In this document: positions 26,170 to 38,514 of the stretch, in pieces
How positions within the stretch are numbered: position 1 is the stretch's first letter
Layout: each line of letters opens with the position of its first letter
Assembly: GCA_000708835.1 (NCBI GenBank)
Contig: DF237675.1
Location: 1 to 39,691, forward strand
Source of the DNA: Klebsormidium nitens
Lineage: Eukaryota > Plantae > Klebsormidiophyceae
Direction of reading: 5' to 3'
DNA length: 39,691 bases
Notes under the pieces: generated by a model
Seen by the model: the letters and a program-made list of their open reading frames with translations, nothing else
The model's database searches: none
Told to the model about the DNA's origin: nothing
Made by a program: the position numbers and the translations under genes

Positions 26170-29100
26170 TTATCGGCTCAGGTTGAGCGGGTTGTGGAAC
26201 GTGCCCGAGAGCGCGCGCGGCAGCGACCCCCCCGTCTCCAGTAGCTTGCTCTGCAGGCCCAGCTTGCGCAGCGTGTCGCGCAGGTGCTGCATGCGCAGCT
26301 CGCGCGCGATGAAGGCGTCCATGCCCGCGGCCAGGCCCCGCTCCATGCACGCGTCCATGCCCGCCAGGTCCCACCGGTTCATGCTCGTCACGCCCACGAT
26401 CAACGCGCACGCGCCCGCCTCCCCCGCCGCCTCCTCCGCACGCCGGAGCTGCCGGACACTCTCGTACCTGCACCACGAGCGGGAGCGGTCGGGGAGGCAC
26501 CCGGGCGTGCAGGCACCGGCAAGCAGGGAGACAGGGTGTGTGCACCTACACTCTGCCACTGGAGGAAATTGCTGTCCTTAAGTCAGGTAGCAGCCCAGCT
26601 GTGCACGCAGTATCGTCGACAAGGAGCAAGGGTGTAGCAGCCACTTCGTAAATGGCCGGCCTGCTTTGCTCCGGAGGGCTGCCCCTGATGGGGCTAGCCT
26701 GCGCCCCTGCGCTGCTGCTGCCGCATGCAGTTGGCAGCCCCGAGGCCGCGCGGGCTGGCGCGCTCACCTGTCCTCTGCGGCCATCATGAGCTCATAGAAG
26801 AGCACCCTGAAGCCACGCTTCTCGCTGAGAGCCGCCTCAAAGCGCCACGCCGCCTGCTTCGCACTGCTGGCGCAGGCAACCTCAAACCCGCACCTACAAC
26901 GAGCGAGGACGCACATTGAGAACACCGGTTGTATTGAAGGACGAGATAGTTGCCAAGCATACTTTTGGTTGCTGGCCCTCTCCCATTGGAGAATATCGAG
27001 CCCAAGCCTAGGCACCAGCCGTTTGCATTCTTCCTACCACTCCTCATTCACGCAACAGTCCTGAAAGCAAACAGCCGGCTGCTTTGTGAAACTTGTAAGA
27101 CGACACTGCTTTGCTCCACACGACAGATTACTTGGCCGCGTCAGATTCTTACGCTCGGCACAAAACGAGACATAAAAATCTGAACAAGCGGGACTCCAGA
27201 ACCCAGCCAAACTCTTCCTCTCTTTATGAAAAGCTTGACAAGCGGTTGTCGCGATAAAGGGTGAAGGAAGCTGGTTCATAAAAACCATTGACAAACGACG
27301 AAGGAGCTCCGGCAGTGGCCATCACATTGTATGTGGTCTGGGGACTTCGTGAGACCCGGCAGCAACAACGCTGCGTGTGCCTTCCCGCACAGAGAGGCAA
27401 TCACGAGTCTGGCATGTGCCCGCAACTTATGAAGCAGCCATGGTGCAGCATACGGAACAGCGGCTCCGCCAGTACAAGGCCAGGATTGGAGCCCGACTCG
27501 AAAGCATCCGTGCCAACTACTTGCTTCTCGTTGCTCCGACTTCTTCCTCCCTGAAAGTCTGCATGCCTCTGCTCCCCCGCGCGCGCGGCCCCTCACCGCT
27601 CGAGCAGTGCTGTGAGCACCTCGCGGTGCGCGGCCACCTCGTCCACCACGAGTGCGCGCAGCCGGCCCTCGCGGCCGTCCTCCAGGTCCAGGCTGGACGC
27701 GCCGTCCAGGCTGCCAAACGAGGCGCGCGAGCTGATGAGGCTCACGGGGCTGCTCTGCGTGCGCTCCAGCGCAAAGCATGCGTCGCCCTCCCACCGCTTC
27801 ACAGTCGGGGTGCCGCACTCGGTGGCGCTGTCCAGCGTGAGGGAGCTCGCGCCGCCCACGCTGGCAGGGTGCACCGCAGCCAGCGGCCGCGGGGGGGCAG
27901 CGGGCGCGTCGAGGTCGTCCTCCAGGCCAGGCAAGGGGGGCGCATCACGCACGGCAACAGGCGGCCCAATGGGGCAGACAACGCAAAGGGCCCCACTGAC
28001 CTGAACACCGGGAGGTTTACATAATAAGACTCATTGTACTCACAGCAAAAGGAGGAGGACACCGTCCACTGGAATCATGCAGGACATCTCCGACACGATG
28101 AGCGAATCTGCCCCCAAACTGGTTTACCTCCAGGTCCCCGTCAACAGAGGCACCAGTCACTCCGTTCGCGACTTCCTCTGGCCCAAGGGTGGGGTACTTG
28201 AGCCAGCAGGACAGATAGGTGGACCCCGAAGAAGCAAAGTCTCCCCCTGGCACTGAGCAGAGATGCGCATCCTCTCACCGCACCCGCCACGTCCGTGCGC
28301 AAGCTGGCACTCAGGAGCACCTTCTGGCGGCGGCGACCTCGGAGCGCCAGGTGGAACTCGGCCCCGCTCGTGTCCTTCCCGTTGATAGCGCCCCGCAGCA
28401 GCTCTGCGCAGGTCCTGCGCACAGGACGCCACACCAGGTGAGCGGCCAGTGGCACAGTGGGGGAGGAATGCAAGATATGGAGCCCACACTGGGCAACACA
28501 AAAAGGATCGCGCTAGATGAGGCTGTGCTCTTGGGCAGCACTGAGGTGACACCAGCCGTACGAGTGGCTATAAGTGAGTAGGAGGAGAAGGTGCTCCATG
28601 TGTATTGGCTGCACTAGGGGGACACAGCAGCAGCAGTGCGACGGGGCTGGCACACGGTGCGCCGCAACCACTGGCAATTCCCGGTGGGAGGACAAGTACG
28701 CCAGGCAACCCAACATGCCAATGATGCCCTCGAGGGGCAGGCGGCAGAGGCTGCAGCTTCACGCCTGACCGCTGGCCGGGACTGTGCCCCACACAAGCGA
28801 TGCCATGCCGGCAACCTGCCCTTGGCCACATGGTTCATTTCTCTCCTCTGCCCCTTTCTTGTCCACGGTGGCAGCGTGGCAGGCAAGCAGCGACGTTTGT
28901 CCTGCCTGTGCCCTGCTGGTTTGGCTCTTGCCGCCTCGCGCCTCTCACCTTGGCGCCTGCGTGCTGGCCGCCGGCTCCAGCAGCACCCCCGGGAAAGGGG
29001 CAGCCAGGCGGCAAACATCGGCCTCGGTCCAGCCGGTCAGGTCCCCCAGCTTCCTGTTCCACAAGGTCAGCGCCAGCTCGCGGTCCACAGCAAATGCGCC

Positions 29101-29300
29101 CAGGGGCAGCTCGTCAAGGTTCACAAAGGGGTCGGAGTTGAGCACTTTGGTGGCCACCGGTGTCAAACAGCGCGGCCCTGCCAGCTCCAAGACAAAGTCC
29201 AGCGCCGCCTTGTGGTGCGTGTTGTTGAAGCCGAGGAACGGCGGGCTGCTCCCCAGGTCGCCTGCTCGGGCCTGGCCATAAAAGGAGGCCCCAGCCACCT
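26170..29300 (-). CDS. PAS-domain protein with C-terminal degenerate (pseudo) response-regulator receiver; no histidine-kinase core visible; 5' end unresolved
   Basis: Exons (upper limit unknown)-28949, 28414-28279, 28000-27597, 26893-26768, 26467-26170; all GT-AG and phase-compatible. Spliced PAS: LDELPLGAFAVDRELALTLWNRKLGDLTGWTEADV...LLRGAINGKDTSGAEFHL...KVLLSASLRTDVAGAVSGALCVV. Spliced receiver: RALVVDEVAAHREVLTALLERCGFEVACASS...FRVLFYELMMAAEDRYESVRQLR...LIVGVTS...GLAAGMDAFIARELR. Confidence 0.78.
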
Positions 29301-29461
29301 GGCGAGCGGGCACATCGAGAAACATGATGGCCCTCAAGCAGGCGGGCCAAAACACAAGGGGAGAGGAAAGCCCACCATCAAAACTTGCCCAGCGAAAAAA
29401 GGCCGCGTCAACAGCTAGCTCCCTGGCACCTGCTTGCCTGCCTGCAAGTAACAACTGGGTA

Positions 29462-29774
29462 CCGTAGACCGCCCAAAACCGGATCACGTACCATTTAAGT
29501 GGATCACCTCCGCCCTAAACTGGACCTATCTTGATCCAGTCTCATATATTCAACTGTCCAAAACTGGATCAGCTCTTTTGGGCGGAAAAACGAGGTTTTG
29601 ACCCCAGAGCATGACCAAAAGTTGGTCAAATTTGGGTCCAAGTGCATCGGCAGATAGCCCTTGAAAAACCTGGATATGTGGAGAAAACCGCACTTTAAAA
29701 TCGTAAATTCGTTAGGAGATATTGCAACTAAGCGGTACAGAAAATAAGGTGATCCAGTAATGGGCGGTCTACGG
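29462..29774. mobile_element. MITE family A copy 1, Tc1/mariner-pogo-like, 313 bp
   Basis: 26-bp TIRs CCGTAGACCGCCCAAAACCGGATCAC / CCGTAGACCGCCCATTACTGGATCAC (3 mismatches). TA on both sides (29460-61, 29775-76). Repeated internal GGATCA motifs; no ORF; second copy at 38155-38463. Confidence 0.9.
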
Positions 29775-30116
29775 TAGGTACTTGTACATCTAGGCCTACG
29801 AACTTGCCATTGTTGGTGGACAGTCGCAGCGGCACGCCGGCGTCCAGCTGAAGTGTACGTCCGTATACCTGGTTTACTACCGCAGTATAAGGGGGGGCGT
29901 CAGGGATGTGTAGGATATTTATGCTGGTGCCATTCGACGGTCCGATGAGGGCGACTGGCTCGTTCTGACATCCTCGGCGGTTGATAATGGACAAGGTTTG
30001 CACCTGGAATGCCACTCTTATCTGTTGACATCAGTGTCAGCACCGATATTGGCTCCGAGTCCGCGAGTCTGGTCCCTGGACATGTCCAGCTTTCAAGCTG
30101 AAGCCTGTGACCCTAG

Positions 30117-30879
30117 CAGGTGGGTCGCCGAATCTAGATTTGCCTGGGGAGGTCGCTGAAATGATGGCGGAACCGTCCGATCGGCAAGCGTGGCCTGCCG
30201 TTCGCCCGATCAGGTTGTCACAATTGAAAGGGAAGGGGCCTAAACAGCGTCCGTAAACCATGCTCCGACTGAATAAGAATTCCCAAGCGGGACAGCAGCC
30301 TCAGCGCAGGGGATCGAGCAGCTTGAGAGAGCTTGAGCTGGGCGCCATGGTTGCTTTCCACCATGACACCATGGCACCCTAGCGCTCCAGCTCACCGCTT
30401 ATGTTTCTTGCTTGAGCACTTGCATCCTTGATCTTTCAGCTGATTGCAGAAAAGCAGGATGGTTTTTATTACACATCTCATCTCTGTATGAAGCTTGCTG
30501 CGAGCTGAAATGTGAGATCTCAATCCTCCGAAACGCAAACGATACGCTTTTCAGGTGTGGCACAAGGGGTAAACAAGCATCTCTGAAGCCAAAAAGGATA
30601 TCTTTAGCTTGGAAAATGGATGCACTAAAGCATCCAATGTTCCAGTACCATGTAACTTGGACACCATGGACAATGCCGCCGCAAACACCAGCCTGGGTCC
30701 AACAAGGAAGCTGGATGAGCTCGGCAGCCATTGTTGTGCTGTCGTCAGCCTGGCGTCACCTAAAACAGAGGGTCTGTATAACGACCGTCCGATGTATTTA
30801 TCGCGACTGCCAAGCCCCTAAAACACCGGAGCCAATGCGCTATCAGAACTGTCAAATTCCAGATTCGGCGACCCACCTG
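30117..30879. mobile_element. Non-autonomous TIR DNA element family B copy 1, 763 bp, superfamily unresolved
   Basis: Perfect 19-bp TIR CAGGTGGGTCGCCGAATCT, imperfect to about 26 bp. Flanked by direct repeat TAG (30114-16, 30880-82). Homologous along its length to 38515-39654. Confidence 0.88.
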
Positions 30880-31068
30880 TAGCCTGGGCCTGGGGGCCGC
30901 CGCGCAGCGTGAGCTGGACAGAACCATCCTGTCGTGTCGGATTCTGCATCCTGAGGCTGACCGAGGAAGCAAGCGCCACCGACATTAGGGGACACGTTTC
31001 CACCGGGACGACCTGCTGCATTGCTTCCATTCTGCAAGGGTTTTGGGTGGTCGCTTTACAACGTAACG

Positions 31069-32763
31069 ATGACCGCACCTCTTCCCAAACCCTCACGCAG
31101 TGACCCGGGGGCTGACAGCGTGGCCTCTGCCGGCATGGCCCACATTGATGCGGGGCCGCTGGGTGGTGCCGCAATGCACCGCAGGAAGCCGAGCCGGAGC
31201 GAGCCGGAGGATGAGCTCGAGGCAGTGGAGTACCAGGACGACCACGACCAGGAACAGCAGAGGCTGCAGACACTCAACAGGGGCGAGGAGGTAAGGGGGC
31301 ACACGCTGTCGCGAGGTTGCCCGTGCTGCATAAATCCGGTTTCAGATAGAGGGCATGCGATACTTGAGCTTCCTTTGGTTTGAGCAAGCTCAAGCAATTG
31401 ACCCTGCTTGAGACAGCAGTTTGCGCCCATCTTTTCTCTGATCAGTGGGGCCACAGAATTCATTGGAGGTGACCGCGAACTGCCGAGATGCAGGCTGTGG
31501 TTGGAATTTTTAAGTGCTTTTGCTCTTCTGGTGAGACACCATCATAGAGAAGCAAACCTGGAAGTCAGTTGATTTGTTGTTTGTATCAAGAGGTCAGATG
31601 AATCCCAGCTATATTGCAGGTTTTCAGTGGTCTGACAACCAGTGAAGTCATTGTACGGGTCTGCTGCTTCACTGAAAATGCGGTCTTGGTTACAAGCGGA
31701 CTAGTGGAACATTTCTCGGCACCCGTCTCTTGGCCAACCTACCTTGCTCTTCTCTGGTCTAATCGATATGGAAAGCGTGAGGATAGTCAGGTCTCCAACC
31801 ACAATTTCTTTCCAAGTGATTGTGCCGAGCTACCCACTTGCTGGTGTGGCTCTTGTCCCTTATCCCCGCTGATCTTCACGCACCTTCTTTTGCCCCTCCA
31901 GATGGCCAGCACCTGGAGGCGAACCTGCCGATGCACATTCTCAAATTTTTATAATCATCTCCATGAGATTGTATCTCTCTTTCTTGCAAGTCCTAAAGTC
32001 CTAGGAAGAAATTTCTAGAGATAGGTTCCAAGCCCTAACCAATGCTGGAGTTTCAAATCTAGGTACTCTTGATCCTTGACCGACGTCCTTGGTGACTGGT
32101 GTGTTGCAGGACTATCTTAATTCTCACCATGTCCACTTCATGCAGGAAATCCCCTCAAAGGCTACCATTCCTGAAGACTTTTACCATAAGAAGTGGTACA
32201 ACTCAAACGATGTCTACAAGCAGTTGGACGCCGCCAGGGCAGAGGTAAGTTTGGATGTACAACACAGGTAGCCGACCTCAATCATGGATCCAAAGAAGAA
32301 GCTTCAAGTTGCAGGAAGGAGTGTGCTGGATAAGAAGTGTCCGACATTGGAGAGAACACGTGGCCACCTGACAACCACTGATATAAGATTTGCTTTTGAT
32401 TGATGTCAGCGGAGCTCTTACTTGTCCAAGAAATCATAGGGCTTTTCTTAAGAGTTTTGCACTTGATGCTTTTCTATACATAAAGATATTCGCTATCGAG
32501 GTTTTGCTATACAGGAGCCGTACTCACACCGGCACCTGTTACTGCTTGATGGGCGTTTGGTTGTGGTGCAGGTCGCAACTGATGAGGACTTCGTTCCTGG
32601 CCAAGGGCCTGCCTTGATGAAGTATTTGGGTGTGGAGTCCAGCCGGCCCACGCTAGGAAGCAAGCCGGACCGCAGCGAGTTGAAAGATCCAAATGACGCA
32701 GTGGCAACATACATGAGAGAGGCAGAAACCTCTCATAAACCGTCAAGGAGTGAGGCAGAATGA
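31069..32763 (+). CDS. Unknown protein, multi-exon, about 180-215 aa
   Basis: Exons 31069-31290 (GTAAGG donor), 32110-32244 (GTAAGT donor) and 32572-32763 (TGA), all phase 0. Possible extra small in-phase exons near 31620-31652 and 31902-31970. Acidic N-terminal part EPEDELEAVEYQDDHDQE; core DYLNSHHVHFMQEIPSKATIPEDFYHKKWYNSNDVYKQLD. No family recognised. Confidence 0.6.
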
Positions 32764-34049
32764 AGCTCAAGGTTTGCCATAAACATATGCTAACGTGTGG
32801 TGTAATGTTGATCGACTCCTGGCCCCACCGCTGCGTTTGCGGAAGTGGCCCGTTTAGCCCCAGTAACGAGTAGTGGATTAGCTTGTTGTCCTCTGGGAGC
32901 AGAAGGGAAGGCTTGAAAGATTGCAACACCAATATTCAACTATATCCCATCAGAGACGTTTACTCTGAACTATGCAAGCAGTTCATGCCGAAATCTGGCA
33001 TGCATGATTGATCAAGATGATGCTTGATCAAGATCGAGCACCGTCAGGCATTGCTGCCACGCATCTTTGGTAACACCTGTATATGATTGCAACGTGTTGG
33101 AGCATGCCTCTTCGCTGGCGGTATGCGGTACTTTGCCATGCTCACGTGACACATAGAAAACGGAATAAGGCCGCCACTATTGGGAGAAGCAAGCGCGACG
33201 AGACCACCTTAGAAAAAAATGTGAGCCATATCAGGTGTTTCTTGCATGCTTACATTGGTGTATGCCTGGAAGACGATTCATGATACATGAAGAGCCGAAA
33301 TCATGCGCTCGCACAAAGAGGTCTGCAATCGCTTATCATTTCCTAAGCAAGAATGAGAATTTATACCTATCAAGATCCCTCGCGGTTTGTCTGTTTGACA
33401 GATAGGACCATTCGCTCACGTCGGATGATAAGGTACAATCAATTGCAAGCGTCAGAAGAGGCCGAATCGATTCCCCACATATGATCCTCGAGGCATCCTC
33501 GAGCTGCTACAACAACAATGATCTATTAAATGACGTTGAACGCTCCCTATTTGGGCTGGAGAACCCGGAAAGCCACAATTCAACCCAAATAGGCCCTTCT
33601 TGAAAACATCTGATTGCTTAATATGTCAAGAGGAACTGCCCCAAACGAGTTGGCTATACAACCAAGAAAGAGAGCACTAGTGTGTGATCCACACTTGCCC
33701 CTCCCATGACTTTTACATGTTTTCAGGTAAGAAATCACATGCAATCAGCTGACCTTGATGTAAAATTTCGATAGAAACCCCAAGCTTGCTCATGCACTAT
33801 TTCGATGAAGTCAGGATTCGCCAGATAGACATGCCCACGCTTCTCTGACCAGCCTAATGCATATCATCGTTTGTCTATGACTACAGCTTTAGGACAAGCT
33901 AGGCCCGTTGAACACATCCTTCTCCTTTGTGCTACTTGTACAATGATGCCAAAGAGCAAGCATCAAAAATGTTTGCTCCGCTAGCAATATGGGCTAATTC
34001 AGATCCAGCAGCTTGCGAAACGGAATCAAGAAAGGAGTGCTACTCTCAA

Positions 34050-36757
<2,708 letters not shown>

Positions 36758-37029
36758 CTGTATAGGCCTGGAGAGAAGGCAGAAAGGCTTCAGCAGATTT
36801 GAACACCCGGGTCAAGAATGAAACAAACTGAATTCAAAGAAGAAACCCTATCTTTCATAAACGTACAGCTTCGACCAATCAAAGCAGCACAAGGGACATG
36901 ACAGTCTCCACAGTCATTTTCTACTGCCGCAGTACATAGATCTTCGCTGACCCACCTTCAAAGAGGATCAGAGGAGGGAACAGCGGCAAGGCGCTTGCTT
37001 TCCTAAGCGTCCTTACACTGTCACGGTAC
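36758..37029 (-). other. Probable 5'UTR (leader) intron of actin
   Basis: Acceptor CCTATACAG immediately precedes the ATG; candidate donor ATAAG|GTACCG at 37030/37029. A leader intron is typical of plant actin genes. The donor choice is inference. Confidence 0.55.
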
Positions 37030-37359
37030 CTTATCCTCGCGTTATTGAGATCTGCCGCGCTGCAGCAGACGACCCCGGTGTTTTCGCCGCTCAAGATTGA
37101 TCGACGACCTTCACAGGCTTCACGTCCGTCGTTTCAGTTGACTCGAGCAGACTCTTCAGCTCTCAGACTATGATCCATCCTAGCTGGCCGCCTGAACTTG
37201 AAGTCGTGACGGTACGGTGTTTTAGAACTCGACCTCCTGGCACAGGAAATGGGCCGTCCGATGCCTCAGACTCTGCAATCGTGAAGGTCGAAAGTTGGGT
37301 CAAGCGGCCAGGTTTGACGGGGTGACTCCGACTCGGAGCACGGTACCTAGGTCCTTACG

Positions 37360-37969
37360 GGTAGACTCTAGAAGAGCACGAACTTCAAAATTGATCCGGA
37401 CGCGGTCCCCGCGGTCGCGCGAACTTTCACTCTATGAAACTTTGTCGCACCGTAGACTGCCGACCTGCTGCCAACACTTGGCAAAACTCCGTCGGGTTCT
37501 CGCAAATTCCAGTCTGCATTTCAGACCTGTAAGGAGTGCCCTATTCCCCGGGCAGGCCAGGCAGACCATAGCATGACTGTTTTAGGCGACATAAGTCTGC
37601 CCGGCTGTTCAAGTTTCCGCCGGGGACCCTCCCAGGCTCAACGAGTGCTCGGTTGACTGCTGCGCCTGCCTAGTCGACCCAGGCTCAACGAGTGCTCGGT
37701 TGACTGCTGCGCCTGCCTAGTCGACCGGGCAGTCTCATGTCGCCTAAAACAGTCATGCTATGGTCTGCCTGGCCTGCCCGGGGAATAGGGCACTCCTTAC
37801 AGGTCTGAAATGCAGACTGGAATTTGCGAGAACCCGACGGCATTTCGCCAAGTGTTGGCAGCAGGTCGGCAGTCTACGGTGCGACAAAGTTTCGTAGAGT
37901 GACAGTTCGCGCGACCGCGGGGACCGCGTCCGGATCAATTTTGAAGTTCGTGCTCTTCTAGGGTCTACC
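37360..37969. mobile_element. Mutator-like (MULE) non-autonomous foldback element, 610 bp
   Basis: Arms 37360-37604 and 37725-37969 are 245-bp inverted repeats (8 mismatches by manual comparison) starting GGTAGAC. 120-bp spacer. Flanking 9-bp near-direct repeat GTCCTTACG (37351-59) / GTCGTTACG (37970-78). Long G-ended TIRs with a 9-bp TSD are MULE hallmarks. Confidence 0.85.
37631..37726 (+). repeat. Exact 47-bp tandem duplication inside the foldback spacer
   Basis: CCCAGGCTCAACGAGTGCTCGGTTGACTGCTGCGCCTGCCTAGTCGA occurs at 37631 and again at 37678. Confidence 0.95.
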
Positions 37970-38154
37970 GTCGTTACGGTACTCCCAAATTGTGCCGGGC
38001 ACTGCCCGGTGCTGGCGTCGCGGCCCGGCAAGTAAAAACGTTGAAGTTGACCGTCATGCACGGTGATCGGTGCATTCCGGGCCCATCGGGGCCCCCAGGC
38101 CGGGGCGCCCCAGCGGGTACGACACCGTGGCACCGGGCTGATCAAAAGCAGGTA

Positions 38155-38463
38155 GTAGAGCGCCCATTACTGGATCACCTTATTTTTTGCACCGCTTATT
38201 TGCAATTATTTTTGACGAATTTATGATTTTAAAGTGCGGTTTTCTCCACATATCGAGATTTTCAATGGCTATCTGCCGATGCTCTTGGATCCAGATTTGA
38301 CCAACTTTAGGTCATGCTTTGGTGTCAAAAACCTCGGTTTTCTGCACAAAAGAGCTGATGCAGTTTTGGACAGTTGGAAATACGAGACTGGATCAAGATA
38401 GGTCCAGTTTAGTGCGGAGGTGATCCACTAATGGTACGTGATCCGGTTTTGGGCGCTCTATGG
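38155..38463. mobile_element. MITE family A copy 2, inverted relative to copy 1, about 309 bp
   Basis: Aligns end-to-end with the reverse complement of 29462-29774. Ends are GTAGAGCGCCCATTACTGGATCAC (terminal CC missing) and GGGCGCTCTATGG. TA on both sides (38153-54, 38464-65). Confidence 0.88.
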
Positions 38464-38514
38464 TATAGGTAGACCCTATTGGCTTGCCTCTTCCTCCGGA
38501 AGAGGGGAGACATA

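Noticed and set aside
26170-29300. Calling the PAS gene a phytochrome, phototropin/LOV protein, PRR clock gene or hybrid histidine kinase
   Set aside because: No GAF/PHY chromophore region, NCRFLQ motif, CCT domain or H/N/G-box kinase motifs are visible in the reconstructed exons.
33000-33510. Short direct repeats (TTGATCAAGAT x2; ATCCTCGAG x2) between convergent genes
   Set aside because: 9-11 bp duplications without TIR/TSD structure; expected from local slippage.
37631-37726. 47-bp repeat as a CRISPR-like array
   Set aside because: Two abutting units with no spacers, no cas genes, eukaryotic context.
37295-38145. ORFs 37295-37576 (+) and 37753-38145 (-) sharing a nearly identical peptide
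   Set aside because: The shared peptide is simply the two arms of the foldback read in opposite directions; no evidence of a gene pair.
38468-38478. GGTAGACCCTA matching the MULE terminus
   Set aside because: Only 11 bp match, with no further arm similarity or partner end; treated as chance or an unprovable remnant.
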